Shown here piece by piece: positions 19,382 through 27,874 of a stretch of 64,000 bases of DNA. This DNA is from Candidatus Krumholzibacteriia bacterium. Lineage in GTDB: Bacteria > Krumholzibacteriota > Krumholzibacteriia > Krumholzibacteriales > Krumholzibacteriaceae. The notes beneath the pieces were generated by a model, which was given only the letters and a program-made list of their open reading frames with translations, was not told the origin of the DNA and made no database searches. Position 1 is the stretch's first letter, and each line of letters begins with the position of its first letter. The DNA lies in assembly GCA_963836185.1 (NCBI GenBank), contig CAWIIQ010000003.1:416001-480000 (forward strand). Reading direction: 5' to 3'. The position numbers were made by a program, and so were the translations under genes.

Positions 19382-21037
19382 CTACCGTAGCAGAACCATC
19401 TTTCGTGTCTTTTCGAACTCCCCGGCGGAGAGACGGTAAAAGTAAACGCCGCTGGCCATCGGGCGGCCATCGGTGCCTCGTCCCTCCCAGTTCACCGTGT
19501 GATATCCCGCGGACCTTTGGCCGTTTACCAGGACCTCGACCAGCCGACCGGCAGCGTCGTAGATGCCGAGTGTTACATGTGACGGCGCTGTGAGGCTGAA
19601 CGTGATTTCGGTGACCGGGTTGAACGGATTGGGGAAGTTCTGGTCCAGAGCGGACCGGCGGGGCAGATGGTTCCGTGGATAATCGGCAGTTTCGATCGTG
19701 GCCGATACTGCCGCAAACGCATTCACGATACCACCTGTTGCGGTTAAACCGCTTAGAGCCTGGTGTGGCTCCGCGTTATCGAGTATTAAATCCCGGAGTA
19801 CGACCGGAGGCAGCGTCGGATCGACTGACAGGAGCAGAGCTGCCACACCGCTGACGTGAGCTGTCGCTATCGATGATCCGGAGAACAATTCCCAGCCTCC
19901 GGGGAACGTTGAGAGGATCTCGTCACCAGGCGCCGCGATATGAACTGTCATAGGGCCCCAGTTTGAGCCGTCCTCAACACCCCAATAGCATAGATCGCCA
20001 GTCTGGTCGATCGCAGTTACCGATATCAGGTTGGGTAGAGAATAACAGGCAGGGTAGTACGGGGTGACATCCGTGTCGACATTATCATTTCCAGCCGAAG
20101 CAATGAAAAGGATATCCGGGTGTGCTGCAATCGCGGCTTCTTCGGTTGCAGAGAAGCCGTACCCTCCAAACGACGCATTGATGATACGAGCGCCATTATC
20201 AGATGCATATTGAATTCCCTCGATCTCATGGGAGACAGAACCGCCATCATTTCCGATGAACTTTAATCCCATCAGATTTACACCCCAGTTGATTCCTGCG
20301 GTGCCTGCAGAGTTGTTTCCCTGGGCTCCGATGACACCTGCGACATGGGTTCCGTGATCATCCCGGTAGTCTCCCGGAAACAATTGACTATTGTCATTGT
20401 AAAAATTCCAACCGGCAATATCGTCGACGTATCCATTTAAGTCATCGTCTATTCCGTTGCCGGGTATCTCCCCGGGATTGACCCACATATTGGGATTAAG
20501 ATCTTGATGTGTGACGTCGATACCGCCGTCGAGAATTCCTACGATCACGCTTGGATCGCCGGTCGTCAGGTCCCAGGCTTCCGGTGCGTCGATATCGATA
20601 TCGGAATTATTGTCAAGTGCCCACTGGCTGACGAAATAAGGATCGTCGGGGACCCCTGCCGGCTGGCGGAGATAGTCGGGTTCGACGTAGTCGACTGCCG
20701 GATTGTGGTCCCACGCGTCCAAAAATGACTCGACATCCGACACGGGAACAACAGCTGCGATGACCGGTACACAGGTAAAGACGCGCTTCACCCTGCCACC
20801 CTGCTGCTCGATCGCGAGCACGTCCTGCTGGCCGGGAGCGGAATGGTACCCGATAAGTACTTTTCCCCCGAGATCACGCACGGTCGCCAGGCGCATCTCC
20901 CGGGCGGACCCGTCCTTCCCGGGAGGTTCAGCGTGACCTGCGGCAGGCCACTGGGATAACAGAAGTACAATCACGGATATAAAAATCCAAGTAATGGCAA
21001 ATGGTGTGTTCTTGAAAAACGAAAGATTAAATAACAT
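19382..21037 (-). CDS. Secreted S8 subtilase with C-terminal FlgD-Ig / T9SS-CTD-like domain
   Basis: ILDGG, HGTHVAG, SAGND, SGSSIA (variant of GTSMA); tail QNFPNPFNP...SGVYFYRL...KMVLLR. Confidence 0.9.
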   Translation of the reverse strand: MLFNLSFFKNTPFAITWIFISVIVLLLSQWPAAGHAEPPGKDGSAREMRLATVRDLGGKVLIGYHSAPGQQDVLAIEQQGGRVKRVFTCVPVIAAVVPVSDVESFLDAWDHNPAVDYVEPDYLRQPAGVPDDPYFVSQWALDNNSDIDIDAPEAWDLTTGDPSVIVGILDGGIDVTHQDLNPNMWVNPGEIPGNGIDDDLNGYVDDIAGWNFYNDNSQLFPGDYRDDHGTHVAGVIGAQGNNSAGTAGINWGVNLMGLKFIGNDGGSVSHEIEGIQYASDNGARIINASFGGYGFSATEEAAIAAHPDILFIASAGNDNVDTDVTPYYPACYSLPNLISVTAIDQTGDLCYWGVEDGSNWGPMTVHIAAPGDEILSTFPGGWELFSGSSIATAHVSGVAALLLSVDPTLPPVVLRDLILDNAEPHQALSGLTATGGIVNAFAAVSATIETADYPRNHLPRRSALDQNFPNPFNPVTEITFSLTAPSHVTLGIYDAAGRLVEVLVNGQRSAGYHTVNWEGRGTDGRPMASGVYFYRLSAGEFEKTRKMVLLR

Positions 21038-21169
21038 TCGAACTCCCCCAGATCCGAAGCAAAGTATCCCGCCGAGTATAACCCGCGCGGCCCCAGTGAT
21101 CCTTGCGATTCAAGCAGATATAAATTATAACATATCCGAATACCTCTCCGGTTAAATTATTGGAATTTA

Positions 21170-21192
21170 GATTCCCTGGCGGCGTCCCACTT
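21170..21192 (+). repeat. att-like duplicate of the tRNA-Lys 3' end
   Basis: GATTCCCTGGCGGCGTCCCACTT versus GATTCCCTGGCGGCGTACCACTT at 679-701. Confidence 0.88.
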
Positions 21193-21348
21193 ACACGTAT
21201 TTTCGATATCCCATCCCCGCAAGCTCCAAGGGTCGAATACGCTCTTGAATTACCCTCGGCAGGTGGAGTATCCTCGACTACGGACGATATATCAAAAAGT
21301 TATCAATTCCAGCCGCAGTGGCGGTGTGCGTTCTCCAACGGGGGAAGT

Positions 21349-22020
21349 ATGATGAGGTTTTCGAGACTATTTCTTGTCACTCTGCTCGCTTCACTGACCT
21401 TCAGCTGCACGGAATCGACAGAGCCGCATCCAGTGCCGCGGGTTCTGGCCATCGTCGATGTCATGACACTCAACCATTACGAGTTCGTGCCGGAGGGATT
21501 TACCGGGCTGGCTTTCAGTACATGTACCGATCCCTATATCCCCCTGGTCACTGGAGAGCATACAACTCCATCTGACGTCAACTTCGGGATCGGCGGCGAC
21601 ACCAAATTCATATGGGTGAAGTACAGGGAGCTTCCCGTGAACTCCGATGTGCCGGTGCTGGTCGATATAGAGGTCGCGCACTGGCCCTACTGGCGGCCCT
21701 ATTACCCTGAAGGGTGGGAGCCGGCCGGTCCACTCACGACCGGCACATGGGGTGACTGCTGGCGCAACGGACTCAATGTCAAATACCTGCCGCTCGGTGA
21801 GACAGACACCTACGTATCGACGCTCTGTCTCAGTATCACGGAATCCGGGTATTATAACAGCTGCCCCGATTCGATTCTTACAGATGAAGAATACTGGCCC
21901 CGTGAGATGAGCGGGCTGGATATCCACAGAGGCTGCGGAGACGACTACTATGTCTTTGTTTCCTATTACCGCCCGGCGATTACCCATCCGGACGAATGGG
22001 AATGGAGGCGGGAAAGATGA
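21349..22020 (+). CDS. Lipoprotein with MABP (beta-prism)-like repeats
   Basis: Lipobox TFSC; DVNFGIGGDTKFIWVKY and DIHRGCGDDYYVFVSY resemble the DLNxGxGGxxxYxxY repeat. Confidence 0.6.
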   Translation: MMRFSRLFLVTLLASLTFSCTESTEPHPVPRVLAIVDVMTLNHYEFVPEGFTGLAFSTCTDPYIPLVTGEHTTPSDVNFGIGGDTKFIWVKYRELPVNSDVPVLVDIEVAHWPYWRPYYPEGWEPAGPLTTGTWGDCWRNGLNVKYLPLGETDTYVSTLCLSITESGYYNSCPDSILTDEEYWPREMSGLDIHRGCGDDYYVFVSYYRPAITHPDEWEWRRER

Positions 22021-22991
22021 GAAAAACATTCCTGATATTCTTCGGCATGCTGATGATCCTGACGATAAGCTGCTCCCAAGATACGATTATAACCGGAACG
22101 ATGTCTCACGAGGAAGTGAAGGCGGCGATCCTCGAGAGATATGCTCCGAGGATGTGGTTCGCTACGGACGAGATCTATTACGCTTCTTCTGTCGAATGGG
22201 CATACCCGAATCTGAAACGGGTCCTGATCGGGGGCAGATATTGGCTGGTCACAAAATCGCCCCTGCTGGGCGAGTACCTTCTCGAGGGACCGGAATACAA
22301 GGACGTCTACGTGCATCCATACTTCACCGGCGACCTCGAATCAGCTGCCATCTACGCGTTCTGGGTCGAGAAGATGATAGGGCCGGTGGGCAGCAAGGTG
22401 GCCTATGTAGATCTCGTCTACTATGTCTTTTATCCCTACAACGCGGGCAAGAAATGCGGGGGCGTCCGGTACGAGAACCATGTCGGGGACTGGGAGTACC
22501 TGGTCGTGAGGATTCTCAAGGACGATCCGGACAATCCGCTGCAGGTTGCATACTCGGCTCACGATTTCGTCGGTGTATATGAATGGAATGATATAGATAA
22601 GGCCGAGGGGACTCATCCTGTAGCCCACGTGGCGTGGGGATCGCACGGCAACTGGAAGGACGAGGGAGCCCACTATTACAACACGATTGTCTGCGAGCTC
22701 CACGACTATTGCAGCAGGGGTACGGCCTGGGATACGTGGCATCAGGTCAGGGCTTTCGATTTCAATGAGCGCAAGGGACTGGCTGGCGATACATGGCCGG
22801 TATGGATGGGAGAGAATTTTTCTGATCCGGGCAGAGGCAATCCGTACGATCCCGCTGCCGGGGCGGTCTATCGCTGGGGCAATCCTGAAGCTTACTGCTG
22901 GGGTTGGATACTGTACGAAGCCTGCGTGCTGACGACCGGGCCGACCGGCCCGATATCGAAGGGCGTCTTTTATTCAGAGGGGTATGAGTAG
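22017..22991 (+). CDS. Lipoprotein with Vps62/DUF946-like domain
   Basis: Lipobox TISC; YAPRMWF, FYPYN, HVGDWE, YSAH, HPVAHVAWGSHGNW, GPTGP; ATGA overlap with the upstream gene. Confidence 0.75.
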   Translation: MRKTFLIFFGMLMILTISCSQDTIITGTMSHEEVKAAILERYAPRMWFATDEIYYASSVEWAYPNLKRVLIGGRYWLVTKSPLLGEYLLEGPEYKDVYVHPYFTGDLESAAIYAFWVEKMIGPVGSKVAYVDLVYYVFYPYNAGKKCGGVRYENHVGDWEYLVVRILKDDPDNPLQVAYSAHDFVGVYEWNDIDKAEGTHPVAHVAWGSHGNWKDEGAHYYNTIVCELHDYCSRGTAWDTWHQVRAFDFNERKGLAGDTWPVWMGENFSDPGRGNPYDPAAGAVYRWGNPEAYCWGWILYEACVLTTGPTGPISKGVFYSEGYE

Positions 22992-23077
22992 GCCAGCTTC
23001 CGGGGGGGGCAGGTAGAGGTTCCTGGAATCTGGATGTTGCTGCTGATTATTCCCTGAATCTGTGCTAAAATGTCTGC

Positions 23078-24640
23078 ATGAAGCGGCCAAGAATTGCTAC
23101 ATCATTATCTTTCATACTTATCGCCGGATTCTTCTGTGTGAATGCCGGCGCTCAGCAGGTTCCCGCTCCGCACGACACACTCTTTTTGACCGCTTCAATC
23201 CCGTTTGATGGGAGGTACGGCACCGGGATGGCGTACGTATACATGGAGGATTCGCTCGGCGTCCTGGATAACCCGGTCATCGCCGTCGAAGGATTCGACC
23301 TCGACAACAGCTGGGACTGGGACGATCTTTATAACCACCTCAACACGGAGGATCTGCTCGAGACGCTTCGCGACGGCGGATTCGATATCGTGATACTCGA
23401 TTTCACCGACGCGACCGATTACGTCCAGCTCAACAGCTTCGTGCTGGTCGAGCTTATCAAGCAAGTGCAGTCGATGATATTCCCAAACCGCACGATTGCG
23501 GTCGCCGGGGCCAGCATGGGCGGCCTCTGCGCCCGCTATGCGCTGGCGTACATGGAGACGCACGGCATCGAGCACCGCGTGCGAAACTATATCTCGTTCG
23601 ACGCGCCCCACACGGGGGCGAACATCCCGCTGGGAGTCCAGTACTGGCTCGATTTCTTCTCGGGGCTCTCTGACGCTGCGGCTGGTATGCTCGCCAGCCT
23701 GAACCGCCCGGCGGCGCGGCAGATGCTCGTATATCATTATACCGACCCCGCCGGCGCGACGGGAGAGCCCGATCTGCTTCGCGCAGAAATGCTCGCCGAT
23801 TTCGCCGCTGTCGGCGAATACCCGCAGAACCTGCGCAAGGTGGCGATAGCCAACGGCAGCGGCAATATGCTCGGACAGGGATTCGGGCCGGGGGACCAGA
23901 TCATCTCGTACGAGCACGAGGAACTGCTGACGACTATCACCGGCAATGTATGGTCGGTACCTGACGGCGCCGCACAGACCATCTTCGACGGGTATATCAG
24001 GATCATCATCCTGCCGACGTCGATGACGGTGAACGTATCAGGAACTAAACCTTATGACAGTGCGCCGGGAGGCTGGCGAGAATCGATGGCCGACATGGAT
24101 TCGACCGAGGCGCCGTACGGAGATATCGTCGCGCTCCATGAACATCACTGCTTCATCCCTACGGTAAGCGCCCTGGCGATAGATACCGGGGACCTCTTCT
24201 ACAATATCGGGGGAGATGCGGATCTGCTGAGCCACACTCCGTTCGATGAGGTCTATTACCCCGCGGCGAACCAGGACCATGCCTCGGTCACGGCAGAGAA
24301 CAGGCAGTGGTTCCTCGACGAGATACGGCTCGGGGTGACTGACGGATCCCTTCCTCCGCTTGGCGATGTGGTGCTGCACCAGAACTATCCGAATCCGTTC
24401 AATCCGAATACGGTCATCCGGTTCGATCTGCCCCGGCCCGCGTATGTGAGGCTGCGTGTCTATAACGTGAAGGGCGAGCTTGTCTCGACGCTGGTCGATG
24501 GACACTTCGCCGAGGGGAGCCGGGAGATTGCCTGGAACGCCACGGATAGCCGTGGCCGCCGGGTCTCGAGCGGCGTCTACTTCTATCGTCTTGCCGCTGG
24601 CGAACAGGTCCGGACAAGAAAGATGATCCTTCTTCGGTAA
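23078..24640 (+). CDS. Secreted alpha/beta hydrolase (PGAP1/lipase-like) with FlgD-Ig tail
   Basis: VEGFD, GASMGG nucleophile elbow, SFDAPHTGANIP; tail QNYPNPFNP...KMILLR. Confidence 0.85.
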   Translation: MKRPRIATSLSFILIAGFFCVNAGAQQVPAPHDTLFLTASIPFDGRYGTGMAYVYMEDSLGVLDNPVIAVEGFDLDNSWDWDDLYNHLNTEDLLETLRDGGFDIVILDFTDATDYVQLNSFVLVELIKQVQSMIFPNRTIAVAGASMGGLCARYALAYMETHGIEHRVRNYISFDAPHTGANIPLGVQYWLDFFSGLSDAAAGMLASLNRPAARQMLVYHYTDPAGATGEPDLLRAEMLADFAAVGEYPQNLRKVAIANGSGNMLGQGFGPGDQIISYEHEELLTTITGNVWSVPDGAAQTIFDGYIRIIILPTSMTVNVSGTKPYDSAPGGWRESMADMDSTEAPYGDIVALHEHHCFIPTVSALAIDTGDLFYNIGGDADLLSHTPFDEVYYPAANQDHASVTAENRQWFLDEIRLGVTDGSLPPLGDVVLHQNYPNPFNPNTVIRFDLPRPAYVRLRVYNVKGELVSTLVDGHFAEGSREIAWNATDSRGRRVSSGVYFYRLAAGEQVRTRKMILLR

Positions 24641-24716
24641 GGGCCTGCCCTCTCTGATTCTTGTGCAAGAGAAAGCTTCCTGTGTGGTATATTCGGTCGG
24701 CGGACTGGAGACTCTC

Positions 24717-27104
24717 ATGATCGGGAAAACATTCTCACATTACACTATAGTCGAGGAGCTCGGGCGCGGCGGGATGGGTATCGTATACAGGGCCGAGGAT
24801 ACCGACCTGAAACGGGACGTCGCCCTCAAATTCCTGCCTGCCGATCTCGACCGTACCCCCGGAGCCAGGGAAAGGTTCGTGCATGAGGCGCGGGCCGCCG
24901 CGTCTCTAAGCCATCCCAATATATGCACGATACATGAGATCGGCGAGTACGAGGGATCTCCCTTTATTTCTATGGAATTTGTCGATGGCGAGAGTCTCAG
25001 GGAGAAGATCGACGCGGGGCTGATCGAGATGGATGACGTGGTTGATATAGCGATAGAGACTGCCGAGGGTCTCGCCGCCGCCCATGAGAAGGGGATCGTA
25101 CACAGGGATATCAAGTCGTCCAACATCATGGTCACCGGCAAGGGAAAGCCCATGATCATGGATTTCGGGCTGGCCAGATCGGCGGAGCGGACCCAACTCA
25201 CGACGGACGGAACCACGCTTGGAACAGCTGCGTATATGTCGCCTGAACAAGCTCAGGGACAGGCGGCCGACCACCGATCGGACATCTGGTCCCTCGGAGT
25301 GGTCCTGTACGAGATGATCACGGGCGGCAAGCCCTTCCAGGGGGATTACGAGCACGCAGTCGTATATTCCATCATCCATACGGAGCCCGATCCACCGGCC
25401 GCCGTTCGGGCAGATATCACGCCGGAGATCGACAGGATAGTCTCCCGCTGTCTGCAGAAGGATCCTGCAGATCGCTATCAGACGGCTTCGGAGCTTGTTT
25501 CAGATCTTAAGAGATTTCAGCGGCAGGTATCGTCAGGGCAATGGTCCGGACGGGTCGAGGAAGCAAAGACACGCGGAAAAGACAGGAGAAGATTTCCCAA
25601 GCCCATGAGTCGTGGTCTCTGGCTCCTGCTGTTTTGTATTCCCGCCGTTGCTTTCCTGATCGCGAGGGTGATCGTCCCTCACTATTTTTCTCCCGAGGTT
25701 TATGATCCGGAGCCTGAAAGAAAAAGACTCGCCGTTCTGCCGTTCGAGAATCTCGGTCCGCCCGGAGAGGAGTATTTCGCAGACGGTATAACCGAGGAAC
25801 TGATAGCGAGGCTTGCAAAGGTCGAGGACCTCGGGGTTATCGCCCGGACCAGTGTAATGCGCTACAAGGACACAGACATGTCTATCGATGAGATCGGGGC
25901 CGAACTGGAAGTAGACTATATCCTCGAGGGGACGGTACGCTGGCAGAAGCTTTCCAATGCGGACAGCCGCGTGCGCATAACACCGCAGCTTATCAGGGTG
26001 TCGGACGAGACGCATCTCTGGGCCGAGGTCTACCAACGGGACATGACAGACATTTTCCTTGTCCAGGAGGAGATAGCCGGCAGGGTCGCAAGCTCCCTCG
26101 GCACGGCCCTTCAGGGTGACGGATCAAAGGGTGTTCTCGCTCCTGTTCCGACAGAAAACACGGATGCATATCACGCCTACCTCGAAGGCCGGTTCTGGTG
26201 GAACAAGCGTTCGCAGGAGGGATTTGACAGGGCGATCGAGTTCTTCGACAAGGCGATCCGCGTCGATCCCGGATACGCGCTGGCATACGCGGCTAAGGCG
26301 GAATGTTATGCGATGTTCGCCATACACCTCGCAAGGCCAGCCGAGTATAACGAGACCGCCCGCGTTGCGGCAAGCAGGGCGCTCGAGCTCGATGATTCCC
26401 TTCCCGAGGCGTACTCCGCTCTCGGGTGGGTATCATTTGTCTACGACTACGATTTTCCTGAAGCCGAGCGACTTTTCCTGAAGGCAATCGATCTCGATCC
26501 GCGTTATGCCACGGCGTATAACTGGTACGGCGTATTGCTTTCGTGCGTCGGCCGTGACGACGAAGCGATAGAGATGATGACCAGGGCCCGGCAGCTCGAT
26601 CCAGCCTCGATGATCATCAACCGTGACCTCGGCTGTGTCCTGTCGTGGGCGGGAAAGCTCGATGAGGCACAAAGCCAGCTCGAGAAGACGCTCGCCATGG
26701 ACCCGGATTTTACTCCGGCACTGGCGCATCTTGGGCGGATCTTCGCGGTCAAGGGGATGTTAACGGAGGCATTCGCCGTCTTCGACAGGCTGAGGGCGAT
26801 AGACAGCGAGTACTTCAATCTCGATATGATGACGTCTTACGCCCACGCCAAAGCCGGGAACAGGGAGGAAAGCCGGAGGATTCTAGACGGCTTGCTCGCT
26901 TTGGCCGATACCCAGAAAGGCAACGCCTTCGAGATAGCGGTTCTTTACGGTGCGCTCAATGAAAACGATTCGGCCTTCGAATGGTTCGATAGGGCCCTGA
27001 AGAACCGTGAGTTCACAATGGTGCTGCTGGACGCTACCATAATGATCGACGAGTTGCGAGAGGACCCGCGGTACGATGAATTGAAAAAGAGAATCGGACT
27101 GTGA
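24717..27104 (+). CDS. Ser/Thr protein kinase with TM, TolB-like and TPR domains
   Basis: LGRGGMG, VALK, HRDIKSSN, DFG, YMSPE; LAVLPFENL; TPR repeats; GGAG RBS. Confidence 0.95.
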   Translation: MIGKTFSHYTIVEELGRGGMGIVYRAEDTDLKRDVALKFLPADLDRTPGARERFVHEARAAASLSHPNICTIHEIGEYEGSPFISMEFVDGESLREKIDAGLIEMDDVVDIAIETAEGLAAAHEKGIVHRDIKSSNIMVTGKGKPMIMDFGLARSAERTQLTTDGTTLGTAAYMSPEQAQGQAADHRSDIWSLGVVLYEMITGGKPFQGDYEHAVVYSIIHTEPDPPAAVRADITPEIDRIVSRCLQKDPADRYQTASELVSDLKRFQRQVSSGQWSGRVEEAKTRGKDRRRFPKPMSRGLWLLLFCIPAVAFLIARVIVPHYFSPEVYDPEPERKRLAVLPFENLGPPGEEYFADGITEELIARLAKVEDLGVIARTSVMRYKDTDMSIDEIGAELEVDYILEGTVRWQKLSNADSRVRITPQLIRVSDETHLWAEVYQRDMTDIFLVQEEIAGRVASSLGTALQGDGSKGVLAPVPTENTDAYHAYLEGRFWWNKRSQEGFDRAIEFFDKAIRVDPGYALAYAAKAECYAMFAIHLARPAEYNETARVAASRALELDDSLPEAYSALGWVSFVYDYDFPEAERLFLKAIDLDPRYATAYNWYGVLLSCVGRDDEAIEMMTRARQLDPASMIINRDLGCVLSWAGKLDEAQSQLEKTLAMDPDFTPALAHLGRIFAVKGMLTEAFAVFDRLRAIDSEYFNLDMMTSYAHAKAGNREESRRILDGLLALADTQKGNAFEIAVLYGALNENDSAFEWFDRALKNREFTMVLLDATIMIDELREDPRYDELKKRIGL

Positions 27105-27194
27105 CAATAGAACAAATTGCATTTATTCTCAGCAACACCTGCTGGTATAGCGATTCTTCACCGTTACCGTGCCACAGACAGGGAGATTCATAGG

Positions 27195-27752
27195 ATGCAG
27201 GGAGTAATGGCATTTTTTGTCGGTGTGGGGCTGAGCGCTACATGCGGATTCAGGATATTCGTGCCCCTGCTGGGAATGAGCATCGCCCACCATGCAGGGC
27301 AGATAACCTTGTCTCATGGATTCGAATGGATCGGGTCCTGGCCGGCAACGATCGCTTTCGCTGTCGCGATGGTAGTCGAAGTGATCGCTTATTACATACC
27401 GTGGGTGGATAATCTCCTGGACACGATCGCTACGCCTGCCGCGGTAGTGGCGGGCACGATAACGACCGCTTCGATGATCGGCGATATGTCGCCGATGCTT
27501 CAGTGGCCGCTGGCGATAATCGCTGGAGGCGGCGTGGCCGGCCTGATACAGGGCTCGACCGTTCTTACGCGCGGCACATCATCGGCGACGACTGCTGGAC
27601 TGGGTAATCCGGTCTTATCAACTGGCGAATTTCTGGCCTCGATCGCAGGGACCATTGTCTCTCTTGTTCTGCCGGTCCTCGCTATAATCCTGGTTGCATT
27701 GATTGTGATTTTCGCATTCAGGAGGATTCTCCGCCTCAGGGAATCAGGTTGA
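27195..27752 (+). CDS. DUF4126-family membrane protein
   Basis: GLSATCGFRIFVPLL, YYIPWVDNLLD, GLGNPVLSTGE. Confidence 0.85.
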   Translation: MQGVMAFFVGVGLSATCGFRIFVPLLGMSIAHHAGQITLSHGFEWIGSWPATIAFAVAMVVEVIAYYIPWVDNLLDTIATPAAVVAGTITTASMIGDMSPMLQWPLAIIAGGGVAGLIQGSTVLTRGTSSATTAGLGNPVLSTGEFLASIAGTIVSLVLPVLAIILVALIVIFAFRRILRLRESG

Positions 27753-27874
27753 ATGTTCAGCCAAATCTCTTTCGCGTAAGCGTTCCAGTCTGGTATAATC
27801 TCCAGCGTAAAAGCGACTCTTTCTAGACACAGAATATTACAGGCAGTTTCAGGATCTTTACCGATGGGGGAACC

